Positions 41,789 through 56,115 are shown, counted from the stretch's first letter. The stretch: DNA of 64,000 nucleotides from Blastocatellia bacterium (GCA_963765495.1 CAVXWP010000007.1:64001-128000); one strand, 5' to 3'. Notes: generated by a model from the sequence alone, not told the origin. Made by a program: numbers and translations.

Positions 41789-42442
41789 ATGGGTATATTC
41801 ACAGGTCTAATCATGGAGATTGGCCGCGTGCGGCGCATCGACCGACGCAGCGCGGGGGCATATCTCATCATCGAAGCCCGTCGAGTGCTCGAAGGGACTC
41901 GCCTTGGCGATTCGATTTCGATCAACGGCGTAGACCTGACCGTGGTAGAGATGAGCGCAGATCATTTCAGCGCGGACGCTTCGCTTGAGACTCTCAGACG
42001 GACCACGCTCGGAGAGCTTCGCGCGGGCGGTCGCGTCAATCTCGAACGCGCTCTCGGGGTAGGCGAGCGTTTAGGCGGCCACATGGTGCAGGGTCATGTA
42101 GACGCCACTGCCACGCTCGTATCAGTAAGGCCCGAAGGCAACGCCTACCGCGTGAGGTTTCGCTTCCCGGTCGAGCTTGGGCGCTATATCGCTCAGAAGG
42201 GTTCTATTACGGTTGACGGGATCAGTTTGACCGTCGCATTGCTTGGCGGCGATTGGTTTGAAGTGGCCGTCATCCCGCACACCTGGCGCGAAACCACTTT
42301 GCCGGATTTGCAGCCGGGCGACCGCGTAAACATCGAAGTGGACGTGCTGGCCAAGTACGTCGAGCGATTGATGCAACACGACAAACAGGCCGTCGGGGCT
42401 GGCAATCTGACGGTCGAGTATTTAATGGAGCACGGATATTAG
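41789..42442 (+). CDS. ribE: Riboflavin synthase (alpha chain)
   Basis: FTGLI, VNLERAL..RLGGHMVQGHVD, KGSITVDGISLTV and VNIEVD. Confidence 0.94.
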   Translation: MGIFTGLIMEIGRVRRIDRRSAGAYLIIEARRVLEGTRLGDSISINGVDLTVVEMSADHFSADASLETLRRTTLGELRAGGRVNLERALGVGERLGGHMVQGHVDATATLVSVRPEGNAYRVRFRFPVELGRYIAQKGSITVDGISLTVALLGGDWFEVAVIPHTWRETTLPDLQPGDRVNIEVDVLAKYVERLMQHDKQAVGAGNLTVEYLMEHGY

Positions 42443-42444
42443 AA

Positions 42445-42566
42445 GGGGGCCGGGGCCGATTGGCGCAAGATGCGTTATCGCGCGGCGCGGGGCCGGGGAA
42501 GAATTAGAGAGAGAGCTGATTTCCTTTCCTTTTTCCCTGGCCCCTGACCCCCGGCCCCCGGCCCCT
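42445..42566. repeat. GGGGCCG heptamer arrays with inverted arm
   Basis: GGGGCCGGGG pieces ... CCCTGGCCCCTGACCCCCGGCCCCCGGCCCCT. Confidence 0.7.
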
Positions 42567-42579
42567 ATCGAGGACGATT

Positions 42580-43797
42580 ATGGCATTCGCAACAGTTCAA
42601 GAAGCAGTAGAAGATTTTAAGGCGGGCCGGATGGTCATCATTGTGGATGATGAGGACCGCGAAAATGAAGGAGACCTGGCCTGCGCGGCTGAAAAGGTCA
42701 CACCCGACATCATCAATTTCATGGCGCGCTACGGGCGCGGGCTGATCTGTCTTTCGATGACCGGAGAGCGGCTCGATGAATTACAGATACCTTTGCAGGT
42801 GTCCGAGGCCGACAACACGGCGAGCCGGGGGACCGCTTTTTGCGTCTCCATAGAAGCGCGCCGGGGCGTGACCACAGGAATTTCGGCAGCCGACCGCGCC
42901 ACTACTATTCAGGTGGCGGTTGATTTGCGCACGCGACCTTCGGACCTTGCGCGGCCCGGCCATATCTTTCCGCTCAGGGCGCGGCGCGGTGGAGTTCTGG
43001 TCCGTCCCGGGCAGACCGAAGCCGTGGTCGATCTGGCAAGGATGGCGGGGCTGATGTCTGCGGGCGTTATTTGCGAAGTCATGAATGATGACGGCACGAT
43101 GGCGAGATTGCCCGAGTTGCGCGAGTTCGCCGATCTTCATGGGATAAAGATCATCTCGGTGGCCGATCTTGTGAGCTATCGCATGGCGCACGAACTCCTG
43201 GTGCACCGCGTTGGCGAGGCCAGAGTGCCTACCGTATACGGCGAATGGCGGGCAGTCGCTTTTACAAACGACATCAATTCGGATGTTCATCTGGCGCTTG
43301 TGAAAGGCGAAGTCTCTCCCGAAGAGAGCCTGCTCGTGCGTGTGCATTCGCAATGCGTGCTTGGCGATGTGTTTGGCTCGCTGCGCGATGATACGGGCTG
43401 GCAACTTCATCGGTCGCTTGAAATGATCGCCACCGAAGGCCGGGGCGTATTGCTCTACCTCAAACAGGAAGGCCGGGGCATAGGCTTGATCAATCAGCTT
43501 CGCGCTTACCGCCTGTCGGACGAGCAGGACAAAGACGCGGTGGAGGCGGACGCCGAGATAGTGGGACTTCACAACATGGACCCGCGCGATTACGGCATCG
43601 GCGCTCAAATACTTCACGAAATCGGAGTGCGTAAGATGCGGCTGATCACAAATCATCCGGTGAAGCGAGCAGCCATCGAAGGTTTCGGGCTCGAGATAAC
43701 CGACCGCGTGCCCATAGAGATTGAGCCGAACGAGACAAACGAGAAAGTGCTGCGCGCAAGAAAAGAAAAACTGGGTCATCTGCTTACGAAAGTCTAG
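42580..43797 (+). CDS. ribBA: Bifunctional DHBP synthase / GTP cyclohydrolase II
   Basis: [34 protein letters not shown] and [10 protein letters not shown]. Confidence 0.93.
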   Translation: MAFATVQEAVEDFKAGRMVIIVDDEDRENEGDLACAAEKVTPDIINFMARYGRGLICLSMTGERLDELQIPLQVSEADNTASRGTAFCVSIEARRGVTTGISAADRATTIQVAVDLRTRPSDLARPGHIFPLRARRGGVLVRPGQTEAVVDLARMAGLMSAGVICEVMNDDGTMARLPELREFADLHGIKIISVADLVSYRMAHELLVHRVGEARVPTVYGEWRAVAFTNDINSDVHLALVKGEVSPEESLLVRVHSQCVLGDVFGSLRDDTGWQLHRSLEMIATEGRGVLLYLKQEGRGIGLINQLRAYRLSDEQDKDAVEADAEIVGLHNMDPRDYGIGAQILHEIGVRKMRLITNHPVKRAAIEGFGLEITDRVPIEIEPNETNEKVLRARKEKLGHLLTKV

Positions 43798-43798
43798 T

Positions 43799-43858
43799 GA
43801 TTTTAGATTTTGGATTTTGGATTTTGGATTTCAAATCTAAAATCCAAAATCCAAAATC
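43799..43858. repeat. Inverted heptamer arrays (GATTTTG)4 ... (AAAATCC)3
   Basis: Nearly spacer-less hairpin after ribBA. Confidence 0.9.
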
Positions 43859-43927
43859 GCGCTGCGCGAAGCGCATAATGCGCCAAGAAAATCCAATAAT
43901 TCATCGGGCCAGGGGATTGAATTACCT

Positions 43928-46900
43928 ATGAGGAGAAAAATACTGATCGGCGTCATCGCCCTGCTGAGCGTAATACTTTTAATCGTCATAGGGCTCTTCT
44001 GGTACATCCGCAGCGGTCGGCTCGATCTATTCGTTCAAAACCAGATCATCGTCGCCTTGAAGGATTTCGGTATCCGCACCGAAATAGGCAAGACTCATCT
44101 GGACCTTGGCGGCTATACGGTCACGCTCGATGACATAAAACTTTACGCGGGCGACGGGCAGAAGCCTTTCGGCTCGGTCCAGAACCTCAAGGTTCAATTC
44201 TCAATCGTGGATTACCTGAAACAGAAGATCAACATCACTCAGGTAGTCGTCACTCACCCTTCCATCTGGCTTGAGATAAACGAACAGGGCCAGACAAATC
44301 TCGACCAATTGCACGCGCCGCCCAAGAGCGATAAGGAATCAACGATCAGATTTCTAACGGCCTTTATAGAAGTCAATAACGGCGTGTTGAATTTCGTAGA
44401 CAATAAAAATAAAGTCGAAGCCACGCTGCCGGATTTCTACGCCAAGTTTGACCCGCGCGAGCCTGAGGCAATCGAAGACAAGATCAACCATACATTGAGC
44501 TTGAATTTCGATGACGCGAGCGCGAAATATCAAGGCCGCCCCATCGAGAAGATCAAGGCCGATATCGAAGCCATAGTCACGGGCGAGTCTGCCGAGATAA
44601 ACAAGTTCCAGATCGCTTCGGATGTCGGAGACATCGAGGTAACCGATACGCCCGCCCGCGTCACAAGCTATGACCCTCTGAAGTACAACTTCGCGATAAA
44701 GGCCGATGCCCGGCTTGCCGAAATCTCTCGCGTGTTCCTGCCCGAACAGCAGATGAGCGGCGCGGCCACCATCGTAGCCCGCGTCGAGGGCACGGGTGCC
44801 GATTATCGAATCAACAATGCCTCGGTCAACGCCGATTCGCTTACCGTCGAAGGCTTTCGCATAGCAGAGGTTCGCGTGACATCGGACGCAAACGGTGAAG
44901 GCGAAAAATATGACGCGACTCTCGATTTGAAGGCGGGGCCGATCAACGGAAAGGATATCGACATCGCTTCGATTCGTCTGAGCGATGCTCGGGTGAGCGG
45001 CGTGGCCGAAAACTTCGACATAACCGGAGGGCTTACGCTCGATTCGCTCAAGAGCGGAAAGATCACCGTGAAGAATCTGCGCGGACGTCTGGACGCGGAC
45101 CCAGATAAAGTCAGCCTGTCAAACCTCTCTGCCTCGGCGCTGGGCGGCAACATCTCCGGCTCGGCCACGGTCGCCTACGGCGGAGGTCAGTCTCGCGTGG
45201 ATGTTCAATTCAGTTCGATAGACCTGAATCAAGTGGCTACGCTTGCGGCGAAAAGCGATGTCGATGTTCGCGGGACGGCAAACGGCACGGCGCGTCTCAC
45301 ATTTCCAGGCGTGAATTTCGAAGCGGCCACAGGCCCCATCAACGCCACCTTCGAAGCCGCCGTTTCGCCCACGCAGCCGGGCGCAGAGACATTGCCCGCT
45401 CAGGGGCGCATCAGTGTCGTGGCAAGCGGCGGCGGGTTCAATATCAACGAAGCATATGTCAAATCCAACCAGAGCGAGCTTACCGTGTCGGGCCGGGTGA
45501 GTTCGAACCTCACGGCTTCGCTCGATGTGAATCTGAAGTCTGATGACATGGCCGAAGTTCAGCGCGCAGTCGAAGGCTTTGGCCTGATACCCGCAGATAT
45601 TCAAGAGAAATATCAGGTCGCACTCACAGGCCCCGGCCAGTTTAACGGACGCGTGGAGGGGCGCGTAACTCAGCCGCGAGTGACCGGCCATGTCAGGCTT
45701 GAAAACGTGCAGGCGCAAAATGAACTGATAGGTTCTTTTGAATCCGATGTGAGCTTTACACCTGCCGAGTTCAATCTGGAAAATGCCGAACTCGTTCGCC
45801 CCGATCAATCCCGCGTCAGTTTCAATGTGAACGGTCCCATCGGCACCGCAGAAGGCGCGGGCGGCATATCTTTGCACGCCAATGTAGATAGCTTCGATCT
45901 TTCCACGCTTGCGCGGCTGGCTGCGCCCGAACTCGGCGACATAGTGGGCGGCGGCAAGGTGAGCGGGCGCATCGACCTTTCAGGGTTGCCCGGCCCTCGC
46001 GGCATAAGCGGGACCGCAGACGTCACGGTGACAAGCGCTGCCTTCAACCTCCCATCCGCAGAGGAAGGGAAGGAATCCGAAAAGCTGGAGGTTCCTCTGT
46101 TCAAAGGCCAGGTGAGTATAGAAAACAGCGTGTTGACGGCCAGAGACTTGCAGGTCGAAGTGGGCGGCAGCCAGATAACCGGAGAGTTGACCTTCAATCT
46201 CGATACCTATGCTTATTCGGTAGACGCGCAGGGCAAAGGTATCGATCTCTCTCAGGTGGCCGGAGCTTTTTCTGACAGCGTCAACCTGACTGGCACAGCC
46301 GATGTCAATATCACAGGCCGGGGCGACTGGGATGATCTGTCAACCGCTAATTTGAACGCGACGATTCAGGGACAGAACGTAGCCTTAAACGGGCGCGACC
46401 TCGGCGATGCGAAGATCGTAGCCTTTACCGAAGGCGGACAGTTGAAGGTCGAGGCTACGGGGAATGTGCTGAATGAGCAACGCACCCTGCGGGCGTCAAT
46501 AGATTTGACCGACCGCAAGAACTATCCCATCACCTCTACGATTGAATTGAATAACGAAGAACTCGGTCCGTATCTGGAATTGATTTCGCCGGGTCTTTCG
46601 ACTGTTACGGGCCGCGCAACAGGGACGATTAGCCTGAGCGGACCTCTGCAAAACCCCGATCAGTTGCAGGCTACGATCAACCTGAGCCAGCTTGTAATCG
46701 GCGGCAAGGTGTCTGAGGCCCAGACATACACTCTGACAAATCAGGGCGATGTCGTAATCACCGCCTCACCGAAAGAGGTCACGCTCAAATCGGTCACCTT
46801 TACGGGCGAAGGAACCAGCATCTCGCTTGGAGGCACCATCTCGCGCGAAGAGACGGTCAAGTCGAATTTGACGATAGACGGCGAGATCAATCTGCGGCTG

Positions 46901-48199
46901 ATCTCTTCATTCACGCAGGATATTTTTGTGACCGGCATCGCCAAAGTAGATGCCTCCATCACGGGGGCGCTCACCAGTCCGCGACTGCTCGGCACGGTGG
47001 ATTTGAGAGATGTCGGTGCGCGAGTGGTCGGTGTGCCTGTCTCAATAAATCAGGGGCAGGGCTTGATCAGATTCACGGCCAGTCAGGTGGTAATAGATAA
47101 CTTCAACGCTTCGACTCCGGGCGGCGGAACCCTATCGCTAAACGGAGGGGCGGCTGCGCCTTCTGACTCCCTTGTGCCCAATCGCTGGCGAATTGAGGCC
47201 CGAGCCGATCAGGTGGGTATGGAATACCCGCGCGATACGTTGACCGTATTTGACGCCGATCTCGTATTGCAGGGCAATCCCCGATTCCAGTTGCTTTCAG
47301 GCAACGTGGATGTGCGGCGCGCTGCTTACACAAAAGACATAACGCTTCAGGACCTGGTTTCGGGCGGCGGCCCGTTCGGCTCGGATTTCCTCGATGTAGG
47401 ACCGGGCGGCGGCAGCGGCGGCGGTGTAGGCGGCGGCGTAGGCGGGGGGCCTGCCTTATCGCTCGATATTCGCGTAAACGCAAACGAGACGCTGATAATC
47501 CGCAACAATCTGGCCGATGCGGTTGGGAGCGCATTTATCAACATACGTGGAACGGTTAATGAGCCGCAGCCGTCGGGTCGCATTCAACTGTCGCGCGGGA
47601 CACTCGAATTTCGCAACGACCGTTATGAGATAACGCGAGGATTGATCACGCTGCCGCCGGGGCGCAATGCCGACCCGATCTTTGACGTAAAGGCGGAAGC
47701 GGAAGTGAGCGGCTATCAGATAAGAATAGGTTTTTCGGGGCCGCTCGCAAAACTGAAGACCACCCTGGAATCGGACCCGAACCTGCCCGAGGGCGATATA
47801 GTCTCTCTGGTTTTGACGGGCAATCTGTCGAGCAACTCTTCGACGAGCGCCGCCGCCACTCAGACCGGGCTTGGACTTGCGCAGTCGCTTTTGTCGGCTT
47901 CGCTTTCAGCAAAGCTTGAAGAGGGAGCGCAACGATTGTTCGGACTGAGCCGATTCTCGGTTGATCCGCTCATCGTAGGCCGGGGCAGCGACCCGACCGC
48001 GAGAATCACCATAGGGCAGCGTATCGCCAAAAACCTGACCGTCACCTATTCGCAAAACCTGACATCGGGTTCGGGTCAGTCGGGCGTCGACCGCATAATC
48101 CTGGTCGAGTATCGAATCAGCAATCGTTTTTCGGTAGTCGGTTTCCGCAACGAGCGCGGCGAACTCGGATTCGATGTGCGCGTGCGAAAGAGATTCTGA
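43928..48199 (+). CDS. tamB: TamB / AsmA-like translocation and assembly module protein
   Basis: N-terminal TM anchor, long beta-rich repeats and a DUF490-like C-terminus; adjacent to an Omp85 gene. Confidence 0.82.
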   Translation: MRRKILIGVIALLSVILLIVIGLFWYIRSGRLDLFVQNQIIVALKDFGIRTEIGKTHLDLGGYTVTLDDIKLYAGDGQKPFGSVQNLKVQFSIVDYLKQKINITQVVVTHPSIWLEINEQGQTNLDQLHAPPKSDKESTIRFLTAFIEVNNGVLNFVDNKNKVEATLPDFYAKFDPREPEAIEDKINHTLSLNFDDASAKYQGRPIEKIKADIEAIVTGESAEINKFQIASDVGDIEVTDTPARVTSYDPLKYNFAIKADARLAEISRVFLPEQQMSGAATIVARVEGTGADYRINNASVNADSLTVEGFRIAEVRVTSDANGEGEKYDATLDLKAGPINGKDIDIASIRLSDARVSGVAENFDITGGLTLDSLKSGKITVKNLRGRLDADPDKVSLSNLSASALGGNISGSATVAYGGGQSRVDVQFSSIDLNQVATLAAKSDVDVRGTANGTARLTFPGVNFEAATGPINATFEAAVSPTQPGAETLPAQGRISVVASGGGFNINEAYVKSNQSELTVSGRVSSNLTASLDVNLKSDDMAEVQRAVEGFGLIPADIQEKYQVALTGPGQFNGRVEGRVTQPRVTGHVRLENVQAQNELIGSFESDVSFTPAEFNLENAELVRPDQSRVSFNVNGPIGTAEGAGGISLHANVDSFDLSTLARLAAPELGDIVGGGKVSGRIDLSGLPGPRGISGTADVTVTSAAFNLPSAEEGKESEKLEVPLFKGQVSIENSVLTARDLQVEVGGSQITGELTFNLDTYAYSVDAQGKGIDLSQVAGAFSDSVNLTGTADVNITGRGDWDDLSTANLNATIQGQNVALNGRDLGDAKIVAFTEGGQLKVEATGNVLNEQRTLRASIDLTDRKNYPITSTIELNNEELGPYLELISPGLSTVTGRATGTISLSGPLQNPDQLQATINLSQLVIGGKVSEAQTYTLTNQGDVVITASPKEVTLKSVTFTGEGTSISLGGTISREETVKSNLTIDGEINLRLISSFTQDIFVTGIAKVDASITGALTSPRLLGTVDLRDVGARVVGVPVSINQGQGLIRFTASQVVIDNFNASTPGGGTLSLNGGAAAPSDSLVPNRWRIEARADQVGMEYPRDTLTVFDADLVLQGNPRFQLLSGNVDVRRAAYTKDITLQDLVSGGGPFGSDFLDVGPGGGSGGGVGGGVGGGPALSLDIRVNANETLIIRNNLADAVGSAFINIRGTVNEPQPSGRIQLSRGTLEFRNDRYEITRGLITLPPGRNADPIFDVKAEAEVSGYQIRIGFSGPLAKLKTTLESDPNLPEGDIVSLVLTGNLSSNSSTSAAATQTGLGLAQSLLSASLSAKLEEGAQRLFGLSRFSVDPLIVGRGSDPTARITIGQRIAKNLTVTYSQNLTSGSGQSGVDRIILVEYRISNRFSVVGFRNERGELGFDVRVRKRF

Positions 48200-48202
48200 A
48201 AT

Positions 48203-51345
<3,143 letters not shown>

Positions 51346-51347
51346 AT

Positions 51348-52058
51348 ATGCTGAACAGATCGTCAAACTCATCTTCGCCCAAAGCCCTCTGCGCACGGTT
51401 CACGCATTGCCTCATCCTGTTGTTTTTGGTCGCGGCTGGTTTAGGCATTCATGCTACGGCTCGGGCTCAACAGGTAGTCGATCAGATTCTTGCGCTTGTA
51501 AACGACGAAGTTGTGACGAAAAGCGATCTGTTGTGGAGCATAGCCCTCGACCCGGACGCGCCCAACCCGGCAGGCCCAATTGGCTCTGATATGCTGCGCC
51601 GCAAACTGGAAACGATGATTGATGAGCGGCTGGTTTTGCAGGAAGCGCGCAAAGTGCCGGGGCCGGAGACTTCTCAGGATGACCTCGACAAAAAGCGAAA
51701 CGAACTGATAGCCCGCTTCCCGTCGGAAACCGCCTTTCGCGAGCGCATTCAATCGGTAGGGCTTACGCCTGAAAGGCTCGACGATCTATTGCGGCAGAGG
51801 ATTCGCATAGATCAATTCGTAGACTTCCGTTTTCGCTCATTCGTCTTTGTGACCGATCAGCAGATAAAGCAGTACTACGAAAAAGAGTTAGCGCCAAAGA
51901 TACGCGAACAGGGGCAGGTTCCGCCCGGGCTTGAGGAAGGCGACATCCGCGACCGCATAGAGCAGATATTGCGCCAGCAAAAAATAAACGAAGAGATAGA
52001 CACTTTTCTGAGAGATGCCCGCCAGCGCGCCGACGTAGTCATTCTGGCCGAGCCCTGA
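51348..52058 (+). CDS. SurA N-terminal domain chaperone-like protein
   Basis: Signal peptide; VDQILALVNDEVVTKSDL and LETMIDERLVLQEA. Confidence 0.8.
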   Translation: MLNRSSNSSSPKALCARFTHCLILLFLVAAGLGIHATARAQQVVDQILALVNDEVVTKSDLLWSIALDPDAPNPAGPIGSDMLRRKLETMIDERLVLQEARKVPGPETSQDDLDKKRNELIARFPSETAFRERIQSVGLTPERLDDLLRQRIRIDQFVDFRFRSFVFVTDQQIKQYYEKELAPKIREQGQVPPGLEEGDIRDRIEQILRQQKINEEIDTFLRDARQRADVVILAEP

Positions 52059-52081
52059 AATCAAGAAGTGATGGGGTGAAA

Positions 52082-52612
52082 ATGGAAGACCTTCGCTATC
52101 CAATCGGGCCGTTCAAGTTTGAAGAGAGCGTGAGCGCAGGCGCTCGCCCGCACCTGATTGACCAGATCGCCGAGACCCCGGCAAAGCTTCGCCTCGCGGT
52201 CGAAGATTTGTCGCCCGAACAGCTTGATACGCCTTACCGCCCCGGCGGCTGGACCGTCCGACAGGTAGTCCATCATCTGCCGGATAGCCATCTGAACAGC
52301 TATGTCCGGTTCCGCCTCGCCGTGACCGAAGACGAGCCCACGATACGCCCGTATCACGAAGACCTCTGGGCGGAACTCGAAGACGCGCGAACCGCGCCCG
52401 TCGATGTCTCGCTTGCGCTGCTTGAGGCTCTGCATCACAGGTGGGTGTTGTTTTTGAGGTCGCTCACAGATGCGGATTACCATCGCTCTTTCAAGCACCC
52501 TGAACTCGGACTCGTCCCGCTTGATAAGAATCTGGCGCTTTATGCGTGGCACGGTCGCCACCACGTCGCCCAGATCACATCGCTTTGCGAGCGCATGGGA
52601 TGGAAGCAGTGA
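52082..52612 (+). CDS. bstA: YfiT/BstA family DinB-superfamily (bacillithiol) S-transferase
   Basis: DLRYPIG, LDTPYRPGGWTVRQVVHHLPDSH and YAWHGRHHVAQI. Confidence 0.9.
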   Translation: MEDLRYPIGPFKFEESVSAGARPHLIDQIAETPAKLRLAVEDLSPEQLDTPYRPGGWTVRQVVHHLPDSHLNSYVRFRLAVTEDEPTIRPYHEDLWAELEDARTAPVDVSLALLEALHHRWVLFLRSLTDADYHRSFKHPELGLVPLDKNLALYAWHGRHHVAQITSLCERMGWKQ

Positions 52613-52620
52613 ACTTTTTG

Positions 52621-52692
52621 AACCACGAAATACACGAAACACAAGAAACAAACATATAAATCTATTTCGTGTGTTTCGCGTGTTTCGTGGTT
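52621..52692. repeat. Inverted nonamer arrays CACGAAAYA ... TGTTTCGTG
   Basis: AACCACGAAATACACGAAACAC ... TTTCGTGTGTTTCGCGTGTTTCGTGGTT between convergent genes. Confidence 0.88.
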
Positions 52693-55600
52693 TTATAACC
52701 CCGTATTTAGCGGCGACAGCCCGGCTTTTCGGAGTTGTTCGTTGAGCGCATTCACATCCTTGCTCTTGATTTCGTTCCATTGCTCAAGCAGACGGGTCAT
52801 AGCCTTTTGCAACTCGTCGGATGCGGTGACGGCCGAGGCGGTCGGTCGGGCATCCGCGCCCTGCAATACATCCAGCAGTTGAATCATCTCTCTGTTCAGT
52901 CTGGAAAGACTTTCCTCCCCTCCTGCGCCCGCGCCTGCCGGGCCGCGCCCCCTGCCGCTTTCGCCTTCAACCGCTGCCGCTTTTTTGTCGAGCGCGGCAA
53001 CCTGATCGGCCAACGCCTTCCGACCTTTGAGATCGCCGAGCGTCTTGATCTGTGCCCTCAACTTCTGCACCTGCTCAAGCGTCGCTCGCGTTTTTCCCGC
53101 CCCTTCGTAAGCTTGCATGGAAAGCGCGTACTGCTGCTCCAACACCTGCCCGCCCGTATCTACGCGAGGGTCCATCTTTACCGTGAGCGTCTCGGTGTAG
53201 CTCTCTCCCCCGGCGCTCAGTTTGATCGTGTACTCTCCGGGCATCACCCACGGGCCGGGCGGAACGGGCGGCGTGTCGCGGTAAATGGCCGAGATTGGAT
53301 AGGATGTTCGGTCCGTCTCAGGCTGCGGATAATGCAAATCCCAGACGAAGCGTTGCATCCCGGCTCCGGTCGAAAGTATTTGCGGAGGGCGTATCCAAAA
53401 AGTAGGAAGGGCCAGTTCCGTCTCAACCACAGGATCGGGTTTATCTTCGCTTGAAAAGCGCCGCACAAGTCTGTTCGATTTGTCGAAAATTTCAAGCGTC
53501 ACCGGCCCCGACACGGCCTGCTTCAGATAGTAATTTATGATGGCCCCGTCGGGCGGATTCTTTCCCGCCGGCTCATCGGGCGGCAGGGGCGTATCGGTAT
53601 TCAGGTTCCATCTGACGCGATAAGCCACCTGCGGTTTGAAGAGATGAACGCTTGACTCGGCCACCTGATCGGTTATCTGACGGAGCGGCGTGATGTCGTC
53701 AAGTATCCAGAATGATCGCCCGTGTGTCCCTACGACTACGTCGTCGTCGTGAATAACCAAATCGCGTATCGAGGTCGCGGGCATGTTCAGCCGCAGAGGT
53801 TGCCACTGATCGCCGTCGTTGAACGAGACATAGACCGCGCGTTCGGTTCCGGCAAACAGGAGCCCCCGGCGAACGGGGTCTTCGCGCACGGTGTTGACGG
53901 GGCCGTTATCGGGCAAGCCTCTGGTAATCTCTTTCCACGTCTTGCCGCCGTCGTGTGTGCGATAGACGTGCGGGCGCTGATCGTCCAGGCGAATCCTGTT
54001 GATTGCCGCGTAGGCCGTTTCGGTATCGAAATGGCCCGCGTCCATCATTGATACTTTGCTCCAGGCAGTGAGGTCGGCGGGGGTGACATCTGTCCAGTTT
54101 TTGCCGCCGTCTCGAGTCAGGTGAATCAACCCGTCGTCGGTTCCGGCCCAGATCAGGTTCACATCTTTGTGCGAAGGGGCTACGGCATAGATGACTCCCC
54201 GGCGCGGCATGCGCGCCATCTCAGGCGTTCGATAGACGCCGATGCTTGCGGGCACTTCCGGGGACGGGCGCGAAAGATCGGGGCTGATTACGTCCCAGCT
54301 ATGGCCGCCGTTTGTTGTCTTAAAAAGCACGTTGCCCGCCAGGTAAAGGATGTGCGGGTCTACGGGTGAAAAAAGGAGTGGCATCGTTCGAATAAAGCGG
54401 TACTTGCCCGAGCGCAGGGCTTCGGGCGCGATTGATTGCGTCTGTCCGGTGCGGCGGTCGTAACGGCTTGCCTTGCCTCCATAAATGATGTCGGGATTGA
54501 GCGGATCGGGCGCGACAAAGCCGTACTCTTCAACGCCTACGGGATGCCATTCGCGGAATGTGATCTGCCCGTCATTACCCCGGCTTGCGATTCCAACCGA
54601 GCCGCTCTCCTGCTGGCCGCCGTACACATAGTAAGGGAACTGGTTGTCGGTAGAGACGTGATAAAACTGGGCGGTCGGCTGGTTGTACCAAGAACTCCAG
54701 GTCGCGCCGCCGTTGACGGTTATGACCGCGCCCTGATCGCTTGCAATCAAAATGATGTCAGTGTCGTCGGGGTTGATCCAAACGGTGTGATAATCGTCGC
54801 CGCCCGGCGCTCCTTTGAATGCAGTGAAACTCTTTCCGCCGTCGGTCGAGCGATACGAAGCGATATTGGCTATATAGACTATATCTCTGTTTTTGGGATC
54901 GACCTTTACTTCGGCAAAATCACTTCCACGGCTCCACACCCTGGCTTCATTTGTGATGCGCTGCCAGCTTTCACCCGCGTCATCCGAGCGATACAGCCCG
55001 CCGAGGTCGGGCGCATCGACCACCGCGTAGATGCGATTTGGATCGCTCGGAGCTACGCCTATGCCTATGCGTCCAAGTCCCTGTTCGACCGTAGGCAATC
55101 CCTTTGTCAGTTGTCGCCACGAAGTGCCTCCATCTGTAGATTTGTACAACCCGCTGCCCGGTCCCTGCCACGCGCCGTTCTCCCACGGTCCCTGACGAGC
55201 GGCCCACAGATCGGTGTAGATGATTTGCGGGTTTACGGGGTCAAAGGCCAGCGCAATCGCTCCCGTGTTTTCATCTTTATAGAGGACCTTCTCCCAGTTC
55301 TTTCCGCCGTCCGTAGATCGAAACACGCCTCGCTCCTGGTTTGCGCCGTAAGGGTGTCCGAGCACGGCGACAAATACCCGGTCAGGGTTGCGCGGGTCAA
55401 CTATGATCGCGCCGATCTGCTCTCCGTCGCGAAGCCCAAGATGTTGCCAAGTCTTTCCTGCGTCGATGGATTTATACATCCCGTCGCCGGTTGAAAGATC
55501 GGGCCGTTGCAAGCCTTCGCCGCTGCCTACATAGATTATATTGGGGTTGGAAGGGGCGACTGCGAGCGCGCCTATTGACCCCGTTGGCTGGTCATCGAAA

Positions 55601-55851
55601 ATAGGAGTCCAGACGCGCCCGTAATCATCGCTCTTCCACACACCGCCGTTGTTGACGCCTATGTAAAACAGATTAGGCTGGCCGGGCACGCCGGTTGCGC
55701 CGACGGTGCGGCCTCCACGATGAGGGCCGATCATTCGCCAGCGCATATTTTGATAGAGAGCCGGGTCGTATTGTTGCGCCGATGCAGGCTGAGGCAACCA
55801 GCCCGCGATGAGTAATCCAAATAAGGCCAGCAGAGAGCCGCGTCCTTTCAC
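52693..55851 (-). CDS. Secreted VPS10/BNR (Asp-box) repeat glycosyl-hydrolase-like protein
   Basis: WRMIGPHRGGR, many S-x-D-x-G-x-x-W boxes and GTHGRSFWILDD. Confidence 0.88.
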   Translation of the reverse strand: MKGRGSLLALFGLLIAGWLPQPASAQQYDPALYQNMRWRMIGPHRGGRTVGATGVPGQPNLFYIGVNNGGVWKSDDYGRVWTPIFDDQPTGSIGALAVAPSNPNIIYVGSGEGLQRPDLSTGDGMYKSIDAGKTWQHLGLRDGEQIGAIIVDPRNPDRVFVAVLGHPYGANQERGVFRSTDGGKNWEKVLYKDENTGAIALAFDPVNPQIIYTDLWAARQGPWENGAWQGPGSGLYKSTDGGTSWRQLTKGLPTVEQGLGRIGIGVAPSDPNRIYAVVDAPDLGGLYRSDDAGESWQRITNEARVWSRGSDFAEVKVDPKNRDIVYIANIASYRSTDGGKSFTAFKGAPGGDDYHTVWINPDDTDIILIASDQGAVITVNGGATWSSWYNQPTAQFYHVSTDNQFPYYVYGGQQESGSVGIASRGNDGQITFREWHPVGVEEYGFVAPDPLNPDIIYGGKASRYDRRTGQTQSIAPEALRSGKYRFIRTMPLLFSPVDPHILYLAGNVLFKTTNGGHSWDVISPDLSRPSPEVPASIGVYRTPEMARMPRRGVIYAVAPSHKDVNLIWAGTDDGLIHLTRDGGKNWTDVTPADLTAWSKVSMMDAGHFDTETAYAAINRIRLDDQRPHVYRTHDGGKTWKEITRGLPDNGPVNTVREDPVRRGLLFAGTERAVYVSFNDGDQWQPLRLNMPATSIRDLVIHDDDVVVGTHGRSFWILDDITPLRQITDQVAESSVHLFKPQVAYRVRWNLNTDTPLPPDEPAGKNPPDGAIINYYLKQAVSGPVTLEIFDKSNRLVRRFSSEDKPDPVVETELALPTFWIRPPQILSTGAGMQRFVWDLHYPQPETDRTSYPISAIYRDTPPVPPGPWVMPGEYTIKLSAGGESYTETLTVKMDPRVDTGGQVLEQQYALSMQAYEGAGKTRATLEQVQKLRAQIKTLGDLKGRKALADQVAALDKKAAAVEGESGRGRGPAGAGAGGEESLSRLNREMIQLLDVLQGADARPTASAVTASDELQKAMTRLLEQWNEIKSKDVNALNEQLRKAGLSPLNTGL

Positions 55852-55990
55852 GTTTCACCTCCGAAGAAAAATATGAGAATTGAAGCCAGTTGATTCTATT
55901 CGAGAGAAACCAAAATCGCCAACGTCACGGCGCAGATGCGACTGGACTACAACCGTCTCTGCGGCCTATGATGGGCACTCGAAACAGGTT

Positions 55991-56091
55991 TGATACGTGA
56001 TGTGTGATGCGTGATGCATGACTTTCAGGCGAGTACTTGTTGATAAGTTCACAGCTAACTTAATCAATCACGCATCACGCATCACGTATCA
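55991..56091 (-). repeat. Inverted GTGATGC heptamer arrays with 44-bp diverged core (copy D)
   Basis: Same arms and core length as copies A-C; the core ends CCTGAAA. Confidence 0.75.
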
Positions 56092-56115
56092 TCCCCCTCA
56101 TAACAGGAGATCTTC

